Virus record (IMG/VR): IMGVR_UViG_3300035670_000224
Coordinates: 1 to 60,564 of that record
Source of the DNA: a virus
Taxonomy: Duplodnaviria; Caudoviricetes
Strand: one strand, 5' to 3'
Length of the DNA: 60,564 nt
Part shown: positions 16,795-26,028 of the stretch, piece by piece
Position numbering within the stretch: position 1 is the stretch's first letter
How the letters are laid out: every line of letters starts with the position of its first letter
Notes under the pieces: generated by a model
Told to the model about the DNA's origin: nothing
The model's database searches: none
The model's input: only the letters and a program-made list of their open reading frames with translations
Translations under genes and position numbers: made by a program

Positions 16795-17577
16795 ATGTTT
16801 CATACCTATAAAATAGACCCAGCGAGCGTTCCAAACGCAGCGACTGGAATGCTCCGATGGTTTATTGACGAATCAACTAACATGTTGTCGTTTGTAGATG
16901 AAAACGGTGATATTAAAACAGCTGGTAATACCATTGCAAGTATTGCCAAGACACAAGCTTCTGGAAATGTAGATACATACACAATAACCTACGTCGACGG
17001 TGGAACTACTACTTTCACAGTAACCAACGGCAATGGTCTACCTTCAGATGTTCTACCTAGTATTATTAATCCAGATGACGCAAGTTCGATAGGAACGCAG
17101 TCTTCCAAGTACGCACTGTCAGACCATACTCACGGTGTGGATACTGATATTGCCTCTGCACTTGGAAATACTGCGCTAGAAGGAACAGCAAGTTCACTTT
17201 CTAGGTCAGACCACGTTCATCCATTCCCCACTGCCGAGCAAGTTGGTGCTACTACAAAACAATACGTTGATACAACAGTTAGCACAATACCGAAGCGATT
17301 GCTGAATAGTTTTACAGTTGATTTCCCAAATACATCAGATATTTTTTATACAGATGTAGTTGATTCAGATGTCTCGGTTTCAAAACCCCCCCACGGATTT
17401 ACAGTAAAGCCTTCAGAGCTTGAGTGGGACATTTCCTATAAAATCGTCTTGTTGAGTGTTCAAGATGGTTCCTTTAACGTGTCTGTCGTGCCTGAAGACA
17501 TTAGCGGCGATACCTTAATCGGATTGCCTTTACCAGCAATAACAGTTTATTATTTGAAAGAAGTTAATCATGCGTAA
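16795..17577 (+). CDS. fibre-like structural protein
   Basis: 260 aa with DHTH/DHVH metal-binding fibre motifs. Confidence 0.55.
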   Translation: MFHTYKIDPASVPNAATGMLRWFIDESTNMLSFVDENGDIKTAGNTIASIAKTQASGNVDTYTITYVDGGTTTFTVTNGNGLPSDVLPSIINPDDASSIGTQSSKYALSDHTHGVDTDIASALGNTALEGTASSLSRSDHVHPFPTAEQVGATTKQYVDTTVSTIPKRLLNSFTVDFPNTSDIFYTDVVDSDVSVSKPPHGFTVKPSELEWDISYKIVLLSVQDGSFNVSVVPEDISGDTLIGLPLPAITVYYLKEVNHA

Positions 17578-18319
17578 TTTTGCCAACGTAGTTCGTAACA
17601 TAGCCAACAGCGTTCTCGCTACAGAAAATACACCAACCCAAATGCGTCTTAACCAGCGCGGCGAGCAATTCGTTGCACCCGCTGGTGTTCTGGGTATGGC
17701 ACTTGAAGGTTCATTGTATTCTTCGCTAACGCCTACTCCAGGTACTGGTGTTTCCTTGGGTATTGGTGGTTCATTTTCACCAACCGCGCCAACCATAATG
17801 ATTAGGAACACCAATTCAATTGGTGGTTCTGATATAATTCTTCGTGAAATTCAAATGATAGTTACTGCCGTTGGTGGTTTGTCATCTCTAGAGTCTTGTG
17901 TCTTTATGGATACAACATCTAGATACGCATCGGGTGGTTTGATAGCAGGCGACGTTGTAAACGGCAGTGCACTAGTCAACACAAACATTAGACCTGGCCA
18001 CCCATCTACTCTGTCGGCACAAATACGAACAGCAACGACTTCCATGACGGCTACTACACCTACTGCCACAGCAAAGCTACATTCACGGCAGAAGCTAAGG
18101 ACTGCTGCCTTGGTTGTTGGCGATATTATCTCCATCTCCTTTGGTTCAGATGTTGCCCCTGGTTTTGGTTTTGTTTCTGGTACAACGGCACAGATAATGA
18201 AACAAGGTGCAAACCCTGTTGTTATTCCACCGCAATGTGATTTCCTGTATTATTTGTGGGCAACTGGTTTCGCCGCACAACCTGCTTTTGAAATTTCAAT
18301 GTTGTTTTCTGAGCGATAA
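17570..18319 (+). CDS. hypothetical (likely virion) protein
   Basis: 249-aa ORF overlapping the upstream stop. Confidence 0.65.
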   Translation: MRNFANVVRNIANSVLATENTPTQMRLNQRGEQFVAPAGVLGMALEGSLYSSLTPTPGTGVSLGIGGSFSPTAPTIMIRNTNSIGGSDIILREIQMIVTAVGGLSSLESCVFMDTTSRYASGGLIAGDVVNGSALVNTNIRPGHPSTLSAQIRTATTSMTATTPTATAKLHSRQKLRTAALVVGDIISISFGSDVAPGFGFVSGTTAQIMKQGANPVVIPPQCDFLYYLWATGFAAQPAFEISMLFSER

Positions 18320-18604
18320 ATTAGACTAACCGCAATAGCCCTGAGATAGTATCAACGGGTTAACCTGGCGGGATGACAATCGTCTGGGTGTAGTAATACT
18401 TTTTGCAAGAAGGAAATAATGCGGCTTCGATGAGAATTTTTGCCACAGCAACGAGTACTGTCCGTATTGCTACTACAACAGACTTAGCTACTGTTGTAGT
18501 TGGCGGTGGTACGTGTAGCGCAATAATCTTATCAATTCAATTTTACGAGATTTAATAAAAATAAAGCTAACAGTGAAAAAGTACAATAATCTAAAATATT
18601 ACTG

Positions 18605-18640
18605 ACTTCACTTGACTTTGCTAATATTTTATGTTATAAT
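18605..18640 (+). promoter_or_regulatory. sigma70 promoter for head genes
   Basis: ACTTCAC-TTGACT-17-TATAAT with TG extended -10. Confidence 0.75.
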
Positions 18641-18675
18641 TATATATGTATCTGTGTATACAGCATAGGAAAGAA

Positions 18676-19398
18676 ATGAATAAAACATTTAAACCTACTT
18701 CCGCCGTGTTAGAAAACATGAAAAGAGGTGTCGCCTTATCTAAGAAGTATCACCGAGATTCGGTACTTGGGCAAAAGAGAATAGAACAAGTAGAGAAAGC
18801 AAAGCATTTTTACGAAGGTGAATTAGACATTGAGGCAGTTAAGAGTATATACAACAGTCTTAGTAAAATAGAAAAATCTACAGACTTTAGTACTAAACTT
18901 TCAGATAATGGCGCAACAGACGACACTATCACCTTCTATGCTTTTGGTGGTCTGTCAGGTCTGGCTTGGTCTCGCCAAATATTAAAGTCTGAAGGGTATC
19001 TTCCTTCTTTAAAAGCAGATAAATTCAGTAACGATAAGTTAAGCATAGCCAAGTCAATAGATACAGACTTAATGCAAGTCACATACGTTGCAATGAAAAT
19101 TGGAACAGATTTACACGGGGACTACTCAGATTCGGCTACCGTCAGGAAAGCAAAAGAGTCGTTTAATAAATCCCTTATGAAAGCAAACCTGTTTCATCAG
19201 GCAATGACTGATAAGTTTTCAGTAATCGAAAGTTATCTTGCACCTACTACAATGGTCTTAAATAAGAATTTAGTTGAAGAAGGTGAGTGGTTAGTAACCC
19301 TCCAAATACACGATACTGAGTTGTGGGAGATGATTAAGAACGACGACATTACTGGCGTGAGTATTGGTGCAATGGCTCAGGTTGAGGAAATAGATTAA
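18676..19398 (+). CDS. prohead protease (XkdF-like)
   Basis: DLHGD, ANLFH, IESY, LWEMIKNDDITGVSIG motifs; AGGA RBS before ATG 18676. Confidence 0.8.
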   Translation: MNKTFKPTSAVLENMKRGVALSKKYHRDSVLGQKRIEQVEKAKHFYEGELDIEAVKSIYNSLSKIEKSTDFSTKLSDNGATDDTITFYAFGGLSGLAWSRQILKSEGYLPSLKADKFSNDKLSIAKSIDTDLMQVTYVAMKIGTDLHGDYSDSATVRKAKESFNKSLMKANLFHQAMTDKFSVIESYLAPTTMVLNKNLVEEGEWLVTLQIHDTELWEMIKNDDITGVSIGAMAQVEEID

Positions 19399-19406
19399 GG
19401 AATAAT

Positions 19407-20435
19407 ATGACAGAACGTAAAGCAAAAAGAAAACTCTCCAATATTGACTTTTCTGGGAAAGATGCACATATTGCACTGGTGTCAAAGCAACAGGGCGGTC
19501 CAGCTTCAGGTGCAGATTATAAGCTAGTACTAAAATCTGCAAAATACACTGATGAGCATTTAGAAAAAGCCGCAAAGATTCGTATCACAATGGACATTGA
19601 GGACTTTTTAGTCAGGTTTTACAATCTAATGTACGAAGATGCTGAAGTCTTAGCAAGAGCGCTCGGATTTGATACCGCCGAAGAGGATATGTCTGAAGAC
19701 GAAGATAAAGAACAGACATACGAAGATTGGATTACCTCTCGTGTAGAAGCTATCGAAGTTATTAAACAACTAGAACAATCTGAGAATATCAACAAGACAT
19801 TATCAGAATTAGACCCAGAAGATTATCTGGCTCTACTACGTTCACAACAAACACTTGAAAAAGCAATGAAGTCAATTGCTAAAGCTAAAAAAGATTCTAG
19901 CTCTGCTGTAAAAACAGTAGCAGGAGAAGGCGCAACTACAGCCGTAGCATCAGCTAAAGAAGTAGGAACCAAGGAAGCCAAGGCTGTGCCTTCTGGCAAA
20001 AAAACTAAAACGGAGAAATCTAATATGACAGAAAACGTCACTGTTACTGAAACAGAAAAGACAGTTGAAGTGGTAGAGAAATCGGCATTTGACGAATTGC
20101 AAAAATCGTTAAAAGACCAGAAGGAACAACTCACTAAAGCTCTCGAAACTGTAGAACTGTACAAAAAGAAAGAGCAAGAGTCTATTCTCAAAGCTCGTAA
20201 AGAACAACTGAAAACCACACTGGTTGAAGATGAAAAAGTTGAGGCACTGTTCAAAGCCTTATCGGGTGTAGACGAAGAACTTTTCCAAGGCGCAGTAAAA
20301 GCACTTGAAGGTTTGATGTTGGTGCAAAAGAGTTCTGAATTGTTTAAGGAACAGGGCGCAAGTTCTGCAACTGAGCAACAACCAGAAGAAACTGCCCTGA
20401 TGAAAGCAATCAAAGCAGCTACTGCTGTTAAATAA
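19407..20435 (+). CDS. putative scaffolding protein
   Basis: Acidic/coiled-coil 342 aa with AHIALV...QGGPA N-terminus, between protease and decoration genes. Confidence 0.65.
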   Translation: MTERKAKRKLSNIDFSGKDAHIALVSKQQGGPASGADYKLVLKSAKYTDEHLEKAAKIRITMDIEDFLVRFYNLMYEDAEVLARALGFDTAEEDMSEDEDKEQTYEDWITSRVEAIEVIKQLEQSENINKTLSELDPEDYLALLRSQQTLEKAMKSIAKAKKDSSSAVKTVAGEGATTAVASAKEVGTKEAKAVPSGKKTKTEKSNMTENVTVTETEKTVEVVEKSAFDELQKSLKDQKEQLTKALETVELYKKKEQESILKARKEQLKTTLVEDEKVEALFKALSGVDEELFQGAVKALEGLMLVQKSSELFKEQGASSATEQQPEETALMKAIKAATAVK

Positions 20436-20459
20436 TTTTAAATAATTGGAGAAATAAAA

Positions 20460-20855
20460 ATGAGCGTAATCTCAACTGAGTCGCACGTCAAAGGTAACGT
20501 GATTAAACAAGAGCTTTGGGCAGACTTGGGCTATTGCCGTGAAGTCGTAACCGTTAACGATACTGCTGGTACTCTGGCTGTCGGTACGGTACTGGGTAAA
20601 GTAACTGCCGACGGTAAATACAAACGTGCAGTGCAATCTGCTACTGATGGTTCACAAGTAGCAGATGCTATCGTAATTGCAGCAACAACCATTGCTGGTT
20701 CAACTGACACTAAGGTGCTGGTACTGATTCAAGGTCCTGCTGTTGTTTCCAGAGCTGGTTTGGTATTGGATGCTACATACAACACCGACCCTGAACTTGC
20801 TGCTGTGTATGCAGCCTTGGAAGCTAAGGGCATTGAGTGCCTTGTTACTGTTTAA
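20460..20855 (+). CDS. head decoration protein
   Basis: GTVLGKVTADGKY...DGSQVA lambda gpD-like motif. Confidence 0.8.
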   Translation: MSVISTESHVKGNVIKQELWADLGYCREVVTVNDTAGTLAVGTVLGKVTADGKYKRAVQSATDGSQVADAIVIAATTIAGSTDTKVLVLIQGPAVVSRAGLVLDATYNTDPELAAVYAALEAKGIECLVTV

Positions 20856-20873
20856 TATTAAGGAATAATAAAA

Positions 20874-21893
20874 ATGACACAACGTAGTTTTACTAACAAC
20901 TTTGAAGTTGTAGACAGCACAAAAGAATTGTCGCTGTTGCCTCAAACATGGACACTCTTAGGAGATTCTGGATTGTTCAAGGAAGAGTTCCTTACACAAA
21001 ACACAGTAACTTTCCAAGAGGTCAGTGGTTCTATCGCAATTGTGAAAGACCAAGTACGCGGCGCACGTCCTCAAACAACCAGCAACGATGTTCGCAAGAT
21101 TCATTCTTATGTGCTGACCCATCACCCATTGGTTGATGCCCTGTACCCAGATGACATTGCTGGCAAATCTGCTTACAACGACTTGTCTGCTGCTGATACT
21201 GAAGCCGCAGCCTTGGTACGCAAGATGACCAAGATTCGTAAGTCTTTTGACGTTACCAAAGAATTGGCGCGTTTTCAAACCTTGGTAACTGGACAAGTCT
21301 GGGCACCAAACGGTACTGTAGTCGCTGACTACTACACCGATTTCGGTTTGACTCGTAACGAAGTTAACTTTGATTTGGCAACTGCTACTACCGACGTTGT
21401 TGGTAAATGCGAGTCAGTTATCGCTGGCTTCCAAGCAAGTGCAAACGACGGTGTTATTATTAACTCTGTGACTGCTTATTGCTCACCAGCTTTCTTCTCT
21501 GCTTTGATTAAGCACGCTAAGGTTCAACAAGCCTACACTTACTACACTGCAAGCGAAGGTCAGTCTATCTTGCGTAACCGTGCAGGTGGAATGGGATTGT
21601 ATCGTAGATTCAGTTTCTCCAACATCAACTTTGTTGAAGTTCCTACCGTCTTGGCAGGTAACACTTTGATTCCTTCTGGTGATGCTTACTTTGTTGCAGA
21701 AGCTGATGATGACTCATTCGTGACTTACTATGGTCCTGCTAACCGTTTCGGTTTGGTTAATACCATTGCAATGCCACAATATTTGTTCCAGTATCGTGAC
21801 CCAAGGGGTGTAGAAATCACACTAGAAGCGGAGCTTAACCAGCTCAACGTACTACGTAGGCCCAACTTCGTAGCCCGTGGATATACAGCTTAA
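20874..21893 (+). CDS. major capsid protein (phage cap E family)
   Basis: 339 aa after the decoration gene; DYYTDFG, YYGPAN, terminal RRP motifs; biased codon usage. Confidence 0.88.
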   Translation: MTQRSFTNNFEVVDSTKELSLLPQTWTLLGDSGLFKEEFLTQNTVTFQEVSGSIAIVKDQVRGARPQTTSNDVRKIHSYVLTHHPLVDALYPDDIAGKSAYNDLSAADTEAAALVRKMTKIRKSFDVTKELARFQTLVTGQVWAPNGTVVADYYTDFGLTRNEVNFDLATATTDVVGKCESVIAGFQASANDGVIINSVTAYCSPAFFSALIKHAKVQQAYTYYTASEGQSILRNRAGGMGLYRRFSFSNINFVEVPTVLAGNTLIPSGDAYFVAEADDDSFVTYYGPANRFGLVNTIAMPQYLFQYRDPRGVEITLEAELNQLNVLRRPNFVARGYTA

Positions 21894-21912
21894 TTTAGAT
21901 TAAGTTAATAGA

Positions 21913-21938
21913 TTCCCCTCTTAGGAGGGGTTTCTTCT
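21913..21938 (+). terminator. intrinsic terminator after capsid gene
   Basis: CCCCTC-TTAG-GAGGGG followed by T-rich tail. Confidence 0.7.
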
Positions 21939-21984
21939 GAGAGTATTATGTATTTTCAGAAGAGATAAAATAAAAGGATTATTG

Positions 21985-22401
21985 ATGGCACTATCACTCA
22001 TACAACAGGTACGTCTACTCATACAAGACAATAACGTATCATTTCCATTTTTATCGGACGACGAGATTACCTATTTCCTAGAGAAAAATTCTAACAATGT
22101 GAATAGGACCTCCCTTGACTGTGCCAAGGTAGTGTTGTTACAACTGTCTATGAGGTCAACATCTGAGACCATAGACCTGTTCAGCATATCGGGCGGGCAT
22201 CGTTCGGCGGAGCAGTACAGAATAGCTTTAGAACTATTCCTACGTAACCCAAGCCTTAACCCAATTTACCAAGGTCTTAATGGATACGCATCTGGAATAA
22301 GTGTCACAGACATTCAAGCCAATATTGACAACGCAGACAATAACGCAGTCATTACCCCATTAGCAGAAGTAGCCCCAAGTGGCACTTATTTTGAGTTGTA
22401 A
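21985..22401 (+). CDS. head-tail adaptor
   Basis: VRLLIQD...LSDDEITYFL motif; position after capsid gene. Confidence 0.7.
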   Translation: MALSLIQQVRLLIQDNNVSFPFLSDDEITYFLEKNSNNVNRTSLDCAKVVLLQLSMRSTSETIDLFSISGGHRSAEQYRIALELFLRNPSLNPIYQGLNGYASGISVTDIQANIDNADNNAVITPLAEVAPSGTYFEL

Positions 22402-22403
22402 TT

Positions 22404-22766
22404 ATGGTAGATGTTTTTCTTAATGCAAGTATAAATGCAGTACAGCGCAATGGCGTGGCTTGTACATACGTCAAAGTGCAAACAGGCACTTACGACGTAG
22501 AGACAGGCTCTACTACAGGTGCAACTGAAACATCCCACAGTGTTGTGATGTACAAAAAGCACCTAAAGACAAATCAGTATTCATTTCCTAATCTTATAGG
22601 AAAAGATGTTGGAGTTTTTTATTTAGCTAATAGTGAGTTGCTATTTACCCCAGCAGTTAAAGATAAGATTGTCTTTGATTCTCAAACATACCTTGTAGAC
22701 TCCTTCGAGAACTGCATGGCGCACGGTCAAATAGTCTTATTCAAAATAGTTGCCGTGAGGTCTTAA
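22404..22766 (+). CDS. head closure / head-tail joining protein
   Basis: GTYDVETG motif; synteny. Confidence 0.65.
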   Translation: MVDVFLNASINAVQRNGVACTYVKVQTGTYDVETGSTTGATETSHSVVMYKKHLKTNQYSFPNLIGKDVGVFYLANSELLFTPAVKDKIVFDSQTYLVDSFENCMAHGQIVLFKIVAVRS

Positions 22767-22767
22767 T

Positions 22768-23247
22768 ATGATTAACTCAAATGCCACTGAAGTTGCTAAG
22801 TCAATAGAAGAGTATAAGAAAGAGCTAGAACGAAAACTAATCAACATGGTTGCTGGCTTTGCTGGTGAGCTTACTCAAGCTGCTTCTGATAGTACCCGTA
22901 TAGGTGATGTAAGCAATGCTGAAAGTGCAGCCAAGTATGTAAAAAGCTACAAGAGACGTGAGAAAAAATACGGGATAAAACCGATAGAAGGTTTTCACAA
23001 GGGTGCCTGGGTTTACTCTGAAGGTGTAATTGACTTTGATGAGACGATTTACCCAGTTGGTATTGCAGTGGGCGAAGTTATAAGCGATGCAAGGACTAAG
23101 TACAAGTTAGGAGATAGCTTCACTATTGGAGCTAAAGGACCAGCTTATGAGATGCTTCAAAAAGAAGATGATATTGAAGGCGAAGCACTTAAAATCATTA
23201 TGAACGCTCATAAAGCGGATTTACCGAGATATTTTAACGAAGGGTAG
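22768..23247 (+). CDS. neck / tail completion protein
   Basis: Synteny; GFHKGAW resembles the HK97 gp10-like motif. Confidence 0.55.
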   Translation: MINSNATEVAKSIEEYKKELERKLINMVAGFAGELTQAASDSTRIGDVSNAESAAKYVKSYKRREKKYGIKPIEGFHKGAWVYSEGVIDFDETIYPVGIAVGEVISDARTKYKLGDSFTIGAKGPAYEMLQKEDDIEGEALKIIMNAHKADLPRYFNEG

Positions 23248-23249
23248 GT

Positions 23250-23654
23250 ATGGCTATAGTCGAGACAAAAAAAGCCCTAGAAAGGCATTTAAACAGCCTT
23301 ACACCAGCTATTCCGACGGCTTTTGAGGGCGTGAGTTTTGACCCACCTACAACAATGTATCAAAGTTGTCAGTTTGTAATCAACCAACCAGATACACCAA
23401 CATTAGGTACAAATTACTACAGAGAGCGTATTCAGTTTCAAGTGTTTGTTATTGGTGAGTCTAATAAAGGTACAGCTACAGCTATTACAAGAGCTGAGTT
23501 AATCAGGCAGCACTTTCCCAGAGGTTCTACATTTCTTGAGGGTGCATTTAGAATTTATATTCTTACTACACCGCACGTTGGCTCAACAGCAAAAGTTGGT
23601 ACACGTACTATTGTGCCTGTAATGATTGATGTTGTTACTGAGGTCTATGAATAA
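23250..23654 (+). CDS. tail terminator protein
   Basis: FEGVSFDPP...FQVFV...RAELIRQHFPRG pattern; precedes tail tube gene. Confidence 0.7.
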   Translation: MAIVETKKALERHLNSLTPAIPTAFEGVSFDPPTTMYQSCQFVINQPDTPTLGTNYYRERIQFQVFVIGESNKGTATAITRAELIRQHFPRGSTFLEGAFRIYILTTPHVGSTAKVGTRTIVPVMIDVVTEVYE

Positions 23655-23746
23655 GACTTGTTAATACAAGACGAATAGTAGTTAGCTATCTCTACAGAAA
23701 AGATAGCAAATCTTGCAAGATTTAAACTTAATTAAGGAATAATAAT

Positions 23747-24958
23747 ATGACAACAATTTCAAAAGGCACAGCAAAGAAGATTGCCTATCTCCGCGAAAGC
23801 ACTTGGGGCACACTGGCTGGCACATCTGGCGCTAAGTACTTGCGTCGGGTTACTGGACAAATGAACTTAAAAAAGGATGTCTATGAAAGTTCGGAGTTGA
23901 GAACAGACCGTCAATTAGCCGACTATAGGCACGGCGTTAGAAGTGCAGAAGGTTCATTGAATGGTGAATTATCTCCTAATTCATACTCAGCTTTTATGGA
24001 AGCCCTTTTAGCACGTGATTTTACTGCTGGTGTAACCTCTACAGCATTTTCTGCTACCGTTGCAGCCGCAGGTGACTTGTGGACTGTTACCCGCTCTGCT
24101 GGTTCTTTCTTAACTGACGGCTTGAATGTAGGTACAGTTGTTGCCCTTATTGGTGGCGGATTATCCGCTGGTAACGTAGCTAAAAATCTTTTGATTGTTT
24201 CAATGACTGCAACAGTGCTTACTGTTAAAGTTTTAAACAACTCTGCATTAGTTGCAGAAGGTCCAATTGCTACAGTTACAGCCACTACTCTTGGTAAAGC
24301 TACGTTTGTTCCACAAACTGCTCACACTGACGCATCATTTACCGTCGAAGAATGGTACGAAGATATTGCTCAGTCTCAAGTTTACACAGGTATGAAGTTC
24401 TCTTCAATGGCTGTTAAACTCCCAGCTACAGGTTTGGCTACAGTTGACTTTGCAATGCAAGGTAAAGACTTAACACAAACAGGGACAGCACAATACTTTG
24501 TCAGCCCAACTGCCCAAGGTACTGATGGTATTTTTGCTGCTGTTAATGGTGCTGTTATTGTAAATGGCGTACCTGCTGCTTTGATTACTTCAGCAGACTT
24601 TAATATCGAACGCGCCTTAGAGAAAGCTGTTGCAGTTGGTTCTAACTCAGTCGCAGAACTTTTCACAGGTCGTATTAAAGCAAATGGTAACTTGAGTGTT
24701 TACTTCCAAGATACTGCATTCCGCGATTATTTCAAGGATGAGACAGTTGTATCATTGGTGTTTGTTTTAACTGTAGATAATACAGCAAACTCTCCATTTA
24801 TTAGCTTCACATTACCGAAAGTTAAATTAGGTTCATTCGACCTCACGGATGCCGAGCTTGGCTTAACAGCTTCTTGCTCATTCCAAGCCTTGCTTAACGA
24901 CGTAACAACCGATGGTTTGCCTCAAACTACTGTTGCTATCCAAGATAGTACACTGTAA
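23747..24958 (+). CDS. major tail (tube) protein
   Basis: ESTWG, SSELRTDRQLADYRHG, GSLNGELS motifs; no sheath gene seen. Confidence 0.82.
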   Translation: MTTISKGTAKKIAYLRESTWGTLAGTSGAKYLRRVTGQMNLKKDVYESSELRTDRQLADYRHGVRSAEGSLNGELSPNSYSAFMEALLARDFTAGVTSTAFSATVAAAGDLWTVTRSAGSFLTDGLNVGTVVALIGGGLSAGNVAKNLLIVSMTATVLTVKVLNNSALVAEGPIATVTATTLGKATFVPQTAHTDASFTVEEWYEDIAQSQVYTGMKFSSMAVKLPATGLATVDFAMQGKDLTQTGTAQYFVSPTAQGTDGIFAAVNGAVIVNGVPAALITSADFNIERALEKAVAVGSNSVAELFTGRIKANGNLSVYFQDTAFRDYFKDETVVSLVFVLTVDNTANSPFISFTLPKVKLGSFDLTDAELGLTASCSFQALLNDVTTDGLPQTTVAIQDSTL

Positions 24959-24977
24959 GTTTTAGTAAGCCTTATAT

Positions 24978-25014
24978 AAACCCCTACAGGTTAACACCCG
25001 TAGGGGTTTTCTTT
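24978..25014 (+). terminator. intrinsic terminator
   Basis: AAACCCCTAC/GTAGGGGTTT stem plus T-tract. Confidence 0.75.
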
Positions 25015-25040
25015 CGTCTGTATAATCTTACTTTAGTTAT

Positions 25041-25074
25041 TTCACTTGACAAAGCACAGCCTGTGTGTTATAAT
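25041..25074 (+). promoter_or_regulatory. sigma70 promoter
   Basis: TTCAC-TTGACA-17-TATAAT with TG extended -10. Confidence 0.7.
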
Positions 25075-25144
25075 TATACTGTGTGCAAGATAATAAATTT
25101 TAAATTTATCTTGTGTTTCTATAATCATTAAAAGGAGAACTAAA

Positions 25145-25582
25145 ATTTTTGATATTGCAAAAAATAACCCAGCTAAGATTGCTGAAGATGGTTACGAATT
25201 TACCGTAGAGTTGCCAGACGGAACTACTACAGACTGGAAGATTAAAGTACGCGGTGAGAATAGTCCAAAAGTACGTACCTTCAGGCGCGAAGTATATAAT
25301 CAAGGTCAAATCCGTAGAAACATCGCTAAGAAAAAAGGTAAAGGCGATGATGAGGATTTAAGTATCGAAGAGATTGAGGATTATGCTATCCGCAATGCTG
25401 TTGTGCGTACTATTTCTTGGACAGGTTTAACCGAGGATGGTGTAGAGGTTCCAAGTACTCCTGATAACATTGCACGTATCATGAAAGACTATGCTTTTGT
25501 ACGTGACCTTGTAGCAGAGGAGAGCGCAAGAGCTTATAACTTTCGACACAACCTTAATAAATCAGACAATAGCGTACTGTAA
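25145..25582 (+). CDS. tail assembly chaperone (gpG-like), probable AUU start
   Basis: AAGGAG RBS 7 nt before in-frame ATT (xFDIAKNNPAK...); lies between tail tube and tape measure genes. Confidence 0.7.
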   Translation: MFDIAKNNPAKIAEDGYEFTVELPDGTTTDWKIKVRGENSPKVRTFRREVYNQGQIRRNIAKKKGKGDDEDLSIEEIEDYAIRNAVVRTISWTGLTEDGVEVPSTPDNIARIMKDYAFVRDLVAEESARAYNFRHNLNKSDNSVL

Positions 25583-25928
25583 ACAAGAGTTTGAGGGTGC
25601 TGTTCTAGGTAGCACAGGTAGCTCATACAGAGAGCAGTTAATATCTGTCTGGAATCAGACAGGTGTTAAACCTAAAGCGTTAGATAATCTAATTGAACTA
25701 CCTGAAGAGCACTTTGAAATATGGGGATGGTTTGCTACATTAAATGAATCAAGGTCATCCAATGGGTATGGTCTTAATCCAATAACGTACAGTGACATCC
25801 TTGCATTTTTTACGCTTATTCAGGTACAACCTCACGAATGGGAAGTTCAACTGATTAAACGCCTAGATAGAGAAGCACTCCGTGTGTATTCTAAAAAAGC
25901 AGAACAAGACCTAAAGAAAAAAACATAA
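25542..25928 (+). CDS. tail assembly chaperone extension (gpT-like), reached by frameshift
   Basis: Start-less +1 frame ORF ...YCKQEFE...IWGWFATLNESRSSNGYGLNPITYSDI...WEVQLIKRLD, overlapping the chaperone end at AAC TTT CGA. Confidence 0.7.
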   Translation, partial: FDTTLINQTIAYCKQEFEGAVLGSTGSSYREQLISVWNQTGVKPKALDNLIELPEEHFEIWGWFATLNESRSSNGYGLNPITYSDILAFFTLIQVQPHEWEVQLIKRLDREALRVYSKKAEQDLKKKT

Positions 25929-26028
25929 CCCTCATAGGTGCAATCTAGTTAATAGTAGCACCTTGAGGATTTTTTCTGTTTGTGTATACACTAAATATAC
26001 AAACAAAAAAGATAACTAAGGAAGAGAT

